Source: an uncultured Nitrososphaerota archaeon (GTDB lineage Archaea > Thermoproteota > Nitrososphaeria > Nitrososphaerales > Gagatemarchaeaceae). From it: a stretch of 64,000 nt of DNA. Shown in pieces: positions 1 to 12,024 of the stretch. A program made the position numbers and the translations under genes. The notes under the pieces are model-generated. The model had not been told where the DNA came from and did not search any database. It was given only the letters and a program-made list of their open reading frames with translations. The number at the start of each line of letters is the position of its first letter. The stretch's first letter is position 1. Where the stretch lies: positions 1 to 64,000 of the forward strand of contig CAVRAG010000007.1 in NCBI GenBank assembly GCA_963718895.1, written 5' to 3'.

Positions 1-304
1 ACGCCGCCCGTGCGGGCGCCATGTCTTCCTCGGTCAGCCCTGTCCCCGCCCTCCTGGTAGTGCATGAGCAGGCAGTATGCACGGTGGTGCCCCTTATCTG
101 TGTTGGGGACCCCCGTAAAGGTGGATCCGTTGGTTGTTTCATCGTTGTTCGATCTCACTTCCGCTCCGTGTTGAGGGCGGTGGACCGCAAGTCGGGGTCG
201 AGGTGGAGCGCCCGCAGCGCAGCGAGGACGAACGACCTCGATGCCGACGAGGATGCGCCGCATACTGGGTCGGCGCGGAGTGAGGGTAAAGATGTTGCGG
301 TTCA

Positions 305-560
305 AGTCATGTGGCGCCTCCGTGAGTGCTCAGGGCCGAAGAGATCAAAGCGTGGCGTGCCGGCGCCCAGCCTTATCTGGGTCCACGGACGAGGGTCCGG
401 CGACATGATGATGGATGGGGTGCCCGGCGTGCGGGCTGGTGATGGGTGCGGCCGCTCATTCTTTCCAGGGCGTCCACCCAGACAGCGGGTGGCGGCAGGG
501 GCCTTATAGGAGCTGACCGCGGGCATCAATTGATGTATGGGCAAGGCACGCACAGCTGGC
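305..560 (-). ncRNA. Candidate bridge/seek RNA of the IS1111-type element
   Basis: Non-coding region 3' of the transposase. Stem 510-520 pairs with 448-457, with an inner CCACCC/GGGTGG hairpin. Loop segments match the element ends and the insertion site (see findings). Ends are approximate. Confidence 0.7.
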
Positions 561-563
561 ATC

Positions 564-1613
564 TCAGGCGGCCTCCCGGACGGGTTGGGGTGGGCTTAGC
601 GCGGCATCACCGAGTTCACGCAGCGTGTGATAGCAGCGGCGCAAGATTTTGCGTTCGACCGCCAGGGTCGGGTTCTTGCCATTGTGGCCGTCGTGCTTGA
701 CCGCCAGCTGGTGGTAGTAGCCGTAATCGGGGGAACCGCGCCGAGCCGCGGACTTGGCCGCCTCGAAGGTGGCCCAACGCAGCTCGGGCGAGCCTTGCCG
801 GGACAGATGCCCGGGTGAGCGTTTGGCATCCGAGGAATACACGGTGACGTCCATGCCCGCGAAGCGCACCAGCTGATCAGAGCTGGAAAACCGGCGCGCG
901 TCACCGATCTCGGCCCAGATGATCGCCGCGCATAACCACCCGATGCCGTAGTGGCGGGCCTGCAGCGCCTGACAGCCCTGCTGGTGTCGGGCGAAGTTCA
1001 CCAATTGTGCTCGCAGCGGCACAATCTCGGCACCCAGCTCATCAATGCGCCGCAGCGCCGTGTCCACATACTGGCGTCCCACCCCCGACAACTCCGCACC
1101 GGCGAGTGCGTCGCGACCCGCCACCGACAGCAATGCGGTGACCGGCGGGCAGCCCTGATGAAACAACTGGGCGTGGATGCGCTGCTGCCAGGCGCGGCGC
1201 TGCTCCATCAGCGCGCAGTACAACCGGCCCAAGGTGCGAACCTCCACCACATGCGCCGGCGGGATCCACGACTCGGGGAACCGGCCCTCCACCAACAGCG
1301 TTCGCAAAAGCCGCGCATCGGCACGGTCGGTCTTGGCGCGCTTCTTGGGCCCCCGCAACCCCGCAATCTCGGCCGGATCCCCCAAATGCGCCACCACCCC
1401 CGCCATGGCCAGCTCCTCGACCACATACCGCCACCCCGTACAGCCCTCCAGCGCAAACTCCGCGTCCCCGCTCGCGCAGTGCTTGCCCAGCCAACCCCGC
1501 AGCGTCTTGCGTGTGGCCGGCCGGATCTCACCGGAGTGCACCAAGCCGTCGTCGTCCACGTAATCGAACGTGATCTGCTTCCGGTGCACGTCAAACCCGC
1601 CTACCATCGTCAT
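564..1613 (-). CDS. IS110-family transposase (DEDD bridge recombinase)
   Basis: MTMVGGFDVH..., ALEGCTG, KRAKTDRADA and a C-terminal YSSD...GHLSRQG motif. GGAGG RBS at 1623-1627 precedes ATG 1613. Confidence 0.95.
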   Translation of the reverse strand: MTMVGGFDVHRKQITFDYVDDDGLVHSGEIRPATRKTLRGWLGKHCASGDAEFALEGCTGWRYVVEELAMAGVVAHLGDPAEIAGLRGPKKRAKTDRADARLLRTLLVEGRFPESWIPPAHVVEVRTLGRLYCALMEQRRAWQQRIHAQLFHQGCPPVTALLSVAGRDALAGAELSGVGRQYVDTALRRIDELGAEIVPLRAQLVNFARHQQGCQALQARHYGIGWLCAAIIWAEIGDARRFSSSDQLVRFAGMDVTVYSSDAKRSPGHLSRQGSPELRWATFEAAKSAARRGSPDYGYYHQLAVKHDGHNGKNPTLAVERKILRRCYHTLRELGDAALSPPQPVREAA

Positions 1614-1799
1614 CAGTGGGACCTCCTCAAGCTCCCGAAAAATTTCTCTGACGCCCATATCAACGAGCGTCTGAGCTGAGGGGGTCCCCATCACATGTCA
1701 TCTTTTCCTTTATCTCTTCGTCATCTCTTCGTCGATGGTTTCATCCGCTATGACGATTGAGGCGACGTTCGATCGACATTTGGGCGCACAATGCAAACC

Positions 1800-2562
1800 A
1801 TGGGTCGCACATTCGAAGATCTGGTGGCCGAGGCCGATTCGGCATCCGTTGACGGCTGGGACTTCTCCTGGCTGGACGGCCGCGCCACCGAGGAACGACC
1901 GTCCTGGGGCTACCAGCGACTGATGAGCCAGCGGTTGGCGACCGCGTCGGCCGCCCTGCGACCTCGATACCGGCGGCGGGGAGGTGCTGGCGGGCGCCGC
2001 GACATTCCCGCCCACGATGGTCGCGACGGAATCGTGGCCGCCCAACGCGGCGCTGGCCACCAAACTCCTGCACCCGCGCGGCGTGGTGGTCGTCGCGACC
2101 CGCGACGAGGCGTGGCTGCCGTTCGCCGACGAGGCGTTCGACCTGGTGACCAGCCGTCACCCGATCGCCGTGCGGTGGGATGAGATCGCCCGGGTGCTGC
2201 GGCCGGGCGGCAGCTACTTCGCGCAGCAGATCGGACCCGCGACGATGTCGGAGCTGGTCGAGTACTTCATCGGACCGCAGCCCGAGAAATGGGCCGAGCT
2301 GTCACCCGGACACCCAGAGCGCGCAGGCACAAGCCGCCGGGCTGCAGATCGTCGACATGCGCATGGAGCGGCTGCGGGCGGAGTTCTTCGACATCGGCGC
2401 CGTCATCTACTTCCTGCGCAAGGTGATTTGGACGGTGCCGGACTTCACGGTGCGAGCGCTATCGCGAACGGCTGCGCGAACTGCACGAGCGCATCGAGGC
2501 CGACGGGCCCTTCGTCGCCCACTCCACGCGGCGTCCTCGTCGAGGCCCGCAAGCCGGGGTGA
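1800..2562 (+). CDS. Class I SAM-dependent methyltransferase (frameshifted in this sequence)
   Basis: MGRTFEDLV...[18 protein letters not shown] motif [12 protein letters not shown] and RVLRPGG are spread over ORFs 1791/1984/2180. Confidence 0.8.
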
Positions 2563-3494
2563 TCAGCCCCTCGTCGCGCAACACGTCCAGCGCGTGCTGC
2601 AGATCGGGCGGGTAGGGGCTGACGATCTCGATCCGCCTGCCGTCGGCCGGATGGGTGAACGCCAGCGAACGCGCATGCAGCCATTGGCGTTCCAGCCCAA
2701 GCTTTTTCGCCAGCTTCGGGTCGGCGCCGTAGGTCGAGGTCGCCGCAGCACGGGTGATGCAGCGCGGCGAAATGCACCCGGATCTGGTGGGTGCGGCCGG
2801 TTTCCAGGTGCACGTCGAGCAGGCTGGCGGCGACGAAGGCTTCGAGGGTGTCGTAGTGGGTGAGGCTGTGCCGGCCGTTCTGTGGTGACCGCGAATTTCC
2901 AGTCGTGGCCGCGGTGCCGCCCGATCGGCGCGTCGATGGTCCCGCTGGACGGATCCGGATGTCCCTGCACCAGCGCGTGATAGCGCTTGTCGACCGTGCG
3001 CTGCTTGAACGCCCGCTTGAGCACGGTGTAGGCGCGCTCGGAGAGCGCCACCACCATCACCCCGGAGGTGCCGACGTCGAGGCGATGCACGATGCCCTGC
3101 CGCTCGTGCACGCCGGAGGTGGTGATCCGGTAACCGGCAGCGGCCAGGCCGCCGAGCACCGTCGGCCCGGTCCAGCCCACCGACGCGTGCGCGGCCACCG
3201 CCGGCCGGCTTGTCGACCGCGACGATGTCGTCGTCGGAGTACAGGATCGTCATGCCCTCGATGTCGACGGGCGTGTTCTCCAGCGGCGCCGGCGCGCTCG
3301 GGCAGCCGCACCTGCAGCCACGCACCCGCGGTCAGGCGGTCGGATTTTCCCGCCTGCACCCCGTCCAGTTCGACGCCGCCGTCTTCGGCCAGCGCCGCCG
3401 CGGCGCTGCGCGACAGCCCCAGCAGCCGCGCCAGCCCGGCGTCGACGCGCATGCCCGCCAGGCCCTCCGGGACGGGCATCGAACGGTCGGTCAT
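2563..3494 (-). CDS. rluD: RluA/RluD-family 23S rRNA pseudouridine synthase (Rv1540-like; frameshifted)
   Basis: S4-like N-terminus ([16 protein letters not shown]), HRLDVGTSG catalytic motif, [12 protein letters not shown] and WLHA; immediately downstream of lspA. Confidence 0.9.
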
Positions 3495-4131
3495 CAGCTG
3501 CTCGGTCGCGCCTTCGGCCGGGCTCATCCGGCTGTCCGCTCGTGCGGCCGTCCGTGCGCCGGCCTACGGTGTCGAAGTCGAAGCCGAAGATCGACAGCAC
3601 GACCAGCAGGATCGCGCCGCCGACCACCGACGGGTCGGCGACGTTGAACACCGGCCACCAGCCGACCGACAAGAAGTCCACGACATGTCCGCGCAGCGGC
3701 CCGGGCGACCGGAAGAAGCGATCGACCAGGTTGCCCATGGCGCCGCCGAGGATCATCCCGAGGCCCGACCGCCCACCAGGGCGACACCAGCCGCCGGCCC
3801 ATCCAGAAGATGCCGACCACCACACCGCGTCGCGATCAGCGTCAGCATCCAGGTGTATCCGGTCGCCATCGAGAACGCCGCGCCCGAATTGCGCACCAAG
3901 GTCCAGGTCACCGTGTCGCCGATGATCGACACCGGCTGGCCGGGCGGCAGCAGTTTGACGGCGAGCACCTTGGTGACGATGTCCAGGGTCAGCACGACCG
4001 CCGCGACCGACAGCAGCAGGCGCAGCCGCCGCGGCGGCCTGCTGCGCGCGGCGTGCTGCGGCGTCCTCGGCGTCCCCAGCCTTGTCGGCCGCGGTCACCG
4101 GCTCGGCCGGTCCTGTTGGTTCCTCCGGCAC
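3494..4131 (-). CDS. lspA: Lipoprotein signal peptidase II (frameshifted)
   Basis: [23 protein letters not shown] and WPVFNVAD motifs; the TGA overlaps the rluD ATG. Confidence 0.93.
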
Positions 4132-4202
4132 TCCCCCATCATCCCCTAATGCGGATGCCGCCTCGCCGGAGCCCGCGCGGCGGCGTGCGCGATGATTCCA
4201 CT

Positions 4203-5141
4203 ATGGGCCGCCTGACCGTCATCGCCACCGGAGGGACGATATCGACCAGCACCGGCGCCGACGGGGTGCGCCGGCCCGCCTACAGCGGGGCGGATCTGCG
4301 GCACCCTTGGCCGGCGGCCTCGACGTCGATGTCGTCGACCTGCTGGCGCTCGACAGCTCGCAGCTGACCCCGGCCGACTGGGATCGGATCGGTGCTGCGG
4401 TGCGCGCCGCGGCCGATGGCGGCGCCGACGGTGTGGTCGTCACCCACGGCACCGACACCATGGAGGAGACGGCGCTGTGGCTGGACCTCACCCATGCGGG
4501 CGCACGTCCCGGTCGTGCTCACCGGCGCCATGCGCAGCGCCGACGCGCCCGACGCCGACGGTCCGGCCAATCTGCGCGACGCGCTGGCGGTGGCGGCCAG
4601 ACCCCGCCGCCCGCGACCTCGGGGTGCTGGTGTGCTTCGCCGGCCGGGTGTTGCAGCCGTTGGGCATGCACAAGGTGGCGACCGAGGACCTGAGCGGCTT
4701 CGCCGGCGAGCTGGTCGGCACGGTGAACGGCGGCGTGACGCTGACGCGGCACCAAGACGCGGCCGTACCTCGGCGAGCTCAGCGCCGCCGACGCGCCGCG
4801 GGTCGACATCGTCGCGGCATACCTCGGGAGTGACGCGGTGGCGCTGGACGCCTGCGTGGCCGCCGGCGCGCGAGCCGTCGTGCTGGAAGCGCTGGGTTCG
4901 GGCAACGCCGGAGACGCGGTGGTCGACGGGGTGCGCCGCCACTGCCGCGACGGGGTGGTGTCGCGGTGTCCACCCGGGTCCCCGGCGGGCGGGTCAGCGC
5001 CGGGTACGGCCCGGCCACGACATGGCGGCCGCCGGCGCGGTGATGGTGCCGAGGCTGCGGCCGCCGCAGGCCCGGGTGCTGGTGATGGCCGCGCTGGCCG
5101 CGGGGCTACCCGTCGCCGACGTCATCGACCGCTGGGGCTGA
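4203..5141 (+). CDS. ansA: L-asparaginase (frameshifted)
   Basis: [33 protein letters not shown] and LGSGN motifs; position between lspA and dinX as in mycobacteria. Confidence 0.92.
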
Positions 5142-6518
5142 GCAGCGCGTCGGCCTGCAGCGCGCCGACGTAGTCGGGCCAGTCCAGGCAGTCGACGCGG
5201 GTTGGCGCCGGTGATGTCGCCGGTGTCGGCGGCGAAACGTCCGCGCCTGGCCCGGGCCCGAACTGCGGGTCTCGAACCGCACGGTCACCACGCCGTGGCC
5301 GGCGCCCTGCACCCAGCCGTGCCCGAGTTCGCGGTGCGCGACATCGTCGCCCACCCGCCACGGCGAGGCCTCCGTCGAGCCGGCGCAAACATGGCCTCGG
5401 TCGCGGTTTCGACGGAGTGCTGCCTGTCGGATTCCGGCATCCGACAGCTCCAAGTCCGGGAACAACGACTCCTGGCGCACGTCGCTCAAGCCCGAAAACC
5501 CCACGCCGAGTAAGGCGAATCGGCCCGATCTCGCGCGGATCGAGCAGCAGCCGGCGGGCCACCGCGATCAGCGCGCCGGCCTCGGTCGTCGCGTAGGGCA
5601 GCGTCGCCGAGCGGGTCAGCGTGCTCATGTCGGATTTCTTCAGCTTCACCGTGACGGTGCGGGCGCCGCGGCCGTCGCGCAGCAGGCGTTGGTGCGCATG
5701 CTCGGCGATCGGGTCGATCGCCTCCCGCAACTGCTCGAGGCTGGTCAGGTCGACGGCGAAGGTGGACTCGGCGCTGATCTGCTTGGCTTCGGCGCGCTCG
5801 GCGACGGGGCGGTCGTCGATACCGCGGGCCAGGCGGTGCAGCGCCGGCCCGACCGTCGCACCCAGGATGTTGGCCGCCTCGGCGTCGGTCAGCGCGGCCA
5901 GCTGCCCGATCGTCTCGATGCCGAGTCGATTCAGCTTCTCCTCGGCGACCGGGCCGATGCCCCACAGCCGCCGCACCGGCAAGCCGCCGAGCAGCGGCTG
6001 TTCTTCGGCGCGCCGGACCACCCGAATGCCGTCGGGTTTGGCCAGACCGGACGCGATCTTGGCGATCTGCTTGCCCGAGCCGGCGCCGACCGAGGCGATC
6101 AGGCCGGTCTCTTCGCGAACCCGTCGCCGCAAGCTCCTCGCAGAACGCCTCGACGTCCTCGGCCGACGCGCCGGCCAGTTGGGGCGGCTCGCCGAACGCC
6201 TCGTCGAAGGAGAGCTGCTCGACGACGGGCACCACGCTGCGCACGGTGTCGAAGACCCGGCGGCTGGCGACCCCGTACACCACGCCGCGCGGCGGCAACA
6301 CCACCGCGGTCACGCCGATCAGCCGGCGGGCCTGATGCATCGGCATGGCCGACCGGGCGCCGAACACCCGCGACTTCGTAGCTGGCGCCGGCCACCACGC
6401 CCCGGCCGCCCAGACCGCCGACCAGCACCGGCCGCCCCCGCAGGGTCGGCCGGGTGAGTTGTTCGACGGACGCGAAGAACGCGTCCATGTCCAGGTGCAG
6501 CACCCAGCGGGACTCCAC
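5106..6518 (-). CDS. dinX: DNA polymerase IV, DinB1/DinX (frameshifted)
   Basis: [32 protein letters not shown] and LWGIGP motifs, plus the mycobacterial C-terminal extension ([11 protein letters not shown]...DDVGDG). Confidence 0.93.
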
Positions 6519-6553
6519 AATCTGCAAATGCTATTGGGCTAACGTCGTTGAGT

Positions 6554-7131
6554 ATGGCGATGAACCTCTGCCACCGGCTGTGCTGCAGCTCGGACCGCTG
6601 GGCCAAGGAGGTCGAAGACCAACTGCTGCCGTGGGTGCTCGCCGACGTGGACCTGGGCGACAACACGCTGGAGATCGGACCGGGCTACGGCGCCAACATC
6701 GCGGGTGCTGGTCGACAAGACGCCGAAGCTACACCGCGGTGGAAATCGACCAGCCCGATGGCGCAGCGGCTGCAGACGGCTCTACGGCGACCGGGCCCGC
6801 ATCATCAACGGCGACGGCACCGACACCGGATTGCCGGACAACGAGTTCAGCTCGGTGGTGTCGCTTCACCATGCTGCACCACGTCCCGACGCGCGGAGCT
6901 GCAGGACCGGCTGTTCGCCGAGGCGTTTCGGGTGCTTCGCCCCGGCGGGGTCTTCGCCGGCAGCGACAGTGTGCCGTCGCTGCATGTTCCGAATCCTGCA
7001 TTTCCGCGACACCTGCAACCCGGTGCCGCCGGAGACGCTGCCGGATCGCTTGCGCGCAGCGGGATTTCACGACGTGGAGGTCGAAGCCGGCACGCGGCAG
7101 GCAGCGCTGGCGCGCGGTCAAGGCCGGCTGA
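6554..7131 (+). CDS. Class I SAM-dependent methyltransferase (frameshifted)
   Basis: TLEIGPGYGA motif I, MLHHVP and RVLRPGGVF. Confidence 0.8.
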
Positions 7132-7631
7132 TGGAAACCGAGACGGGTGACGCGCCGTCGATCGCGATTGGGCGCGGCTGCGCCACCAATGGGGCGAGCG
7201 GCTGGAACCCGGTGAACAGGCCACGGTTCTGGCCTGGGCGTCGTTCACCCTCACGTTCGCCGGGCTGCGCGCGCTCACTCACTGGATCCGCGCCGGCCAC
7301 GGGCCGTCGGGTGGCGGTATTAAGCTGGGCGGCAAGCACTTTCACCACTACAACATCGGTATCGGGATGCTGGCGACGGTGGCCGGCGTGGGTCTGCGCG
7401 GAACAGAAAGGCAACGGCGGCACCCCGCGGCGGCGGTCGCTTTCGGCGCCGCGAACGCGATGATCGTCGACGAGCTGGCCCTGCTGCTAGACCTCAAGGA
7501 CGTCTACTGGGCGCAGGACGGCCGCGAGAGCGTCGACGCCGCGGTCGGCCTCATCGCTACCGGCGCGACCGTCGTTGCCGGCATGCCGTTCTGGCCGCAT
7601 GCCCACCGTGCGCTGCGGTTACGGCCGCTAA
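7131..7631 (+). CDS. Conserved actinobacterial membrane protein (frameshifted; end approximate)
   Basis: Hydrophobic segments with HFHHYNIGI, VDELALLLDLKDVYW and GRESVDA; ATG overlaps the upstream TGA. Confidence 0.6.
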
Positions 7632-7670
7632 GCGACTGGCCGCGAGCGTACGCCAGCGGCGAGAATGCAT

Positions 7671-8770
7671 CAGCCGACGATTTCTCGACCGGTCGCGACT
7701 GCACTTTCGCGGTCGAAACAGGATGCCAGCGGCGCAGTCCGGCTTCGCGGAGTCCGCGCCACGAAGATGCCGGTCGATTGCGCAGCAGTCGGCTGCTCAC
7801 CGAATGATGCGCTAGCCGCTGCGCATCGAGCTCAGCTGCTGCGATCGACTGTTGGTGGCAGCGGAATGCACTCGGTCGGTCCCGTGTGCGCGCCGCCGAA
7901 TTCGACGCCAGCGGCGCCACTGCTGCCACCGCATGTCTGACGGGCCAGCACAGCGCACCCTCGCTGGCGCACCACCATCTGGGTCTGCGCCTGGCAATCG
8001 CCGCCGACCGATGTCGCAGCCTGGCCGTGGTTTCCGCGGCGACCCTGCTGGCCGCACCCGCCAGGCGCCAGTGCTTGCCGCCACCGCTTCGTACTGCGAT
8101 GCGCCGCGGTGCAGCCGCGGTATCGGTGCAACCGTGCGCACCGGCACCACTGGCGGGATGTTGACGGTCAGCGGACGGTGCGGTGCGGCGGGTGCCCGGA
8201 TCGGCCGGCGTCCCGGATCGGCCGGCGACCGGGATCAGGCTCGGGGCCGCTCGGCGCCGGCCTGGTGCTCGGCGCGGCGACCGGTCAACACCGGTGCATC
8301 CGTCGCCGCGGTGACAGGTCGAACGGCGTCGGGAGCGAGTTGCGCGCCGCCGATGGTTCGGCGCCGGCGCTACCGGCGACGGTCGGAACCGCGATAGGGA
8401 GCCTGGCGGCGTCACCGAACCGACACTCGGAGTTCGGCCGGCGACGACTCGCGTTTCTGCTGCTTCGACCCGGCCCAGCCAGAGGACCAGACCGAGCCCG
8501 CGCCGACCTCCCGATCGCGGTCGCGACCGACTGGCCGCGGCCAGCATGGCATTCGTTGCCCTCGACTCGCGGCTTCGCGGTCACAGTCGTCGGCGGGTAA
8601 TCCTCAAATTTGGCGGGCCCGACAGAAGCCGGTCTGTCGACTTCCGGGTCGCCCATCGGCTCAGACGCCGCACGTGGCTGTCAAGTCGTGGCCACCCAAT
8701 CGAGCCACCGGACCGATCTGCCACGGCGGCTACGTCGACACGCTGTCGTGGACGCGGCGCTGGGCAGCCA
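7671..8770 (-). other. Probable Pro-rich, membrane-anchored hypothetical gene, too indel-ridden to reconstruct
   Basis: One hydrophobic segment (GLGLVLWLG) followed by Pro/Ala/Thr-rich stretches in several minus-strand frames; no continuous ORF. Confidence 0.3.
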
Positions 8771-8839
8771 TCGATGGTCGGCGCGTGCTCGGCTGCAGAA
8801 CTCACGGCAGGGACCGTAGCGCACCGAGGCTACGGGCGC

Positions 8840-11800
8840 TCACGCCTTGGCGATGCTCACCCGCACGCCGTCGCCGATCTCCGCCGCCGTCGGCCGGCTC
8901 GCCGAATTCGAAGCTGGTGGCCAGGATTTCCCCGGCGATGAGGTCGCGGTGGGTGCGCGCCCAGTCGGCCCGCTCGGCGGGCACCGACATCACCACGCTG
9001 ATGCGGTCGGAGACGTCCAGCCCGGTCGACTTGCGCAGCTCCTGCAGTTCGCGGATGCGGTCCTTGGCCCAGCCCTCGGCCTCCAGCTCCGGGGTCACCG
9101 TGCCGTCCAGCACCACCAGACCGGCGCCGTCGGGCAGCGCCGCGGTGTACTCCGGGTCGGCGGCCACCAGCCGTGAGCTGTACTCGTCGGGTTGCAGCAC
9201 CGCGGGACCCGCGGTCAGGGTGCCGTCCGGGTTGACGACGCCCTCGCCGGCCTTGACCGCCTTGATGGCGGCCTGCACATCCTTGCCCAGCCGCGGCCCG
9301 GCCACCCGGGCGTTGACGGTGAGCTCGAACCGGCCGTAGGTGTCGATCGCGTCGGTCAGCTCGACGCGCTTGACGTTGAGCTCGTCGGCGATCAGATCGG
9401 CGAACGGCGCCAGTCGCTGCGGATTCTCCACCGCCACAGTCAGTTTCGGCAGCGGCAGGCGCACCCGCAGCTTCTTGGCCTTGCGCAGCGACGACGCGGC
9501 CGAGCACACTTCGCGAACCTGGTCCATCGCGGCGACCAGGTCGGGGTCCGCGGGCAGCACGCCGGCGTCGCGGCCAGTCGGTCAGGTGCACCGAGCGCTC
9601 GCCGGTGAGACCGCGCCAGATGATCTCGGTGATCAACGGCAGCAGCGGCGCGGCCAGCCGCGCGGTCACCTCGAGCACGGTGTGCAGGGTGTCGATCGCG
9701 TCGGCGTCTTCCTCCCAGAACCGCGAACGCGACCGTCGCACATACCAATTCGTCAACGCCTCGGTGAACTGGCGCAGCTGCTCGCAGGCCCCGGAGATGT
9801 CGCAGACCTCCATCGCCGCGGTGAGGTCGTCGCGCAGCACCGCCAGCTTGGCCAGGATGTAGCGGTCCAGCACGTGCGCCGAATCGGTGCGCCAGGTACC
9901 GACTTTCGGCGCGTAGAGGGCCAGGAAGCTGTAGGCGTTCCACAACGGCAGCAGCACCTGGCGCACGCCTTCGCGGATGCCCTGCTCGGTGACGATCAGG
10001 TTGCCGCCGCGCAGGATCGGCGAGGCCATCAGGAACCAGCGCATGGCATCGGAGCCGTCGCGGTCGAACACCTCGCTGACGTCGGGGTAGTTGCGCAGCG
10101 ACTTGCTCATCTTCTGGCCGTCGGAGCCCAGCACGATCCCGTGCGCCACACAGGTTTTGAACGCCGGCCGGTCGAACAGCGCGGTGGCCAGCACGTGCAG
10201 CGTGTAGAACCAGCCGCGGGTCTGGCCGATGTACTCGACGATGAAGTCGCCCGGGTAGTGGCTGTCGAACCAGTCGCGCGTTCTCGAACGGATAGTGCAC
10301 CTGGGCGTACGGCATCGAGCCCGAGTCGAACCACACGTCGAGCACGTCGGGGATGCGCCGCATCGTGCTGATCGCCCGGTCGGGTCGTCGGGGTTGGGCC
10401 GGGTGAGCTCGTCGATGTAGGGCCGGTGCAAATTGTTGGGCCGCACCCCGAAGTCGCGCTCCAGCTCGTCGAGGCTGCCGTAGACGTCGATGCGCGGGTA
10501 GGCCGGGTCGTCGGACTTCCACACCGGAATCGGCGTGCCCCAGTAGCGGTTTCGCGAGATCGACCAGTCGCGGGCACCCTGCAGCCACTTGCCGAACTGG
10601 CCGTCCTTGACGTGTTCGGGATACCAGGTGATCTGCTGGTTGAGTTCGACCATGCGGTCCCGGAATTCGGTGACCTTGACGAACCACGACGACACCGCCC
10701 GGTAGATCAGCGGATTGCGGCACCGCCAGCAGTGCGGGTAGGGGTGGTCGTAGGTCTCGTGGCGGATCAGCACCGCACCGTTCGCCGCGGCCGGACCGCT
10801 GCTGGTTCTTCAGGTCGCGGATGATCTGCGGGTTGGCGTCGAAGACGTGCTGCCCCTGGTAATCCGGGACGGTGGCGTCGAAACGGCCCTTGGAATCGAC
10901 CGGGGTGACCGGCACGATGCCGACCTTGTCGGCGGTCGCCATGTCGTCCTCGCCGTAGGCCGGCGCCATGTGCACGATCCCGGTGCCGTCCTCGGTGGTC
11001 ACGAAGTCGCCCGGCAGCACCTGAAACGCGTTGGGCGAGTCCATGAAATACGGGAACGGCGGCAGGTACCGCGTGCCCAGCAGGTCGGCGCCGCGGTAGG
11101 TGCCCAGCACTTCGGGCTCTTCGCCGCAGTTCGCGGGCGTAGGCGGCCAGCCGCGGCCTCGGCCAGCACGAACGCGGTGCTCGCCGGCCCTGCACCTGCA
11201 CGTAGGTGACGTCCGGGTTGACGGCGACCGCCAGGTTCGACGGCAGGGTCCACGGCGTCGTCGTCCACACCAGCAGGTGCGCACCCGGCCAAGTTCGCCA
11301 CCTCCGACCACCTTGAATCCCACCGTGAGGGCCGGGTCCTGCCGGCTCTGGTAGACGTCGTCGTCCATCCGCAGTTCGTGGTTGGACAGCGGGGTTTCGT
11401 CGCGCCAGCAGTACGGCAGCACCCGGTAGCCCTCGTAGGCCAGGCCCTTGTCCCACAGCTGCTTGAACGCCCAGATCACCGACTCCATGTAGGGCAGATC
11501 GAGCGTCTTGTAGTCGTTGTCGAAGTCGACCCAGCGCGCCTGGCGGGTCACATAGGCCCGCCATTCGTCGGTGTAGCGCAACACCGATTCGCGGCAGGCG
11601 TCGTTGAACGCGGCGATGCCCATCGCGTCGATCTGGGATTTGTCGGTGATGCCCAGCTGGCGCTCGACTTCGAGTTCGGCCGGCAGCCCGTGGGTGTCCC
11701 AGCCGAAGCGGCGCTCCACCTTGTAGCCGCGCATGGTGCGGTACCGCGGGACGATGTCCTTGACGTAGCCGGTGAGCAGGTGCCCGTAGTGCGGCAGGCC

Positions 11801-11987
11801 GTTGGCGAACGGCGGGCCGTCGTAGAACACGTATTCCGGGGCGCCGTCGCGGCGGGCGATGCTGGCCCGGAAGGTGTCGTCGCGGGCCCAGTAGTCGAGG
11901 ACCTCGAGCTCCAGCGCCGGCAAGTCGGGTGCCCGCCGGCCGGCTTCGGATAGGCCTTGAGTCGGCTCACCGGTGTCGGTCGGTCAC
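8840..11987 (-). CDS. ileS: Isoleucyl-tRNA synthetase, IleRS2/actinobacterial type (frameshifted)
   Basis: [14 protein letters not shown] (HIGH), [39 protein letters not shown] and KMSKS. GTG start at 11987 with an AGGAG RBS. Confidence 0.97.
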
Positions 11988-12024
11988 GGTGCGCGTCGTC
12001 TCCTGTGCCCATGTGCCGATGCTC

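Larger units (their letters stand above)
96..1702 (-). mobile_element. Complete IS110-family insertion sequence, IS1111 subgroup
   Basis: Sub-terminal inverted repeats TGTGTTGGGGACCCCC (99-114) and GGGGGTCCCCATCACA (1680-1695) match at 15/16. The core GAT (ATC on +) lies at 96-98 and 1700-1702, giving 3 nt beyond the right IR and 7 nt before the left IR. There is one DEDD transposase and a long non-coding region downstream of it. Confidence 0.9.

Noticed and set aside
21-562. ORFs 21..509 and 302..562 as protein genes
   Set aside because: They overlap the IS right end and structured RNA region, and show no protein motifs.
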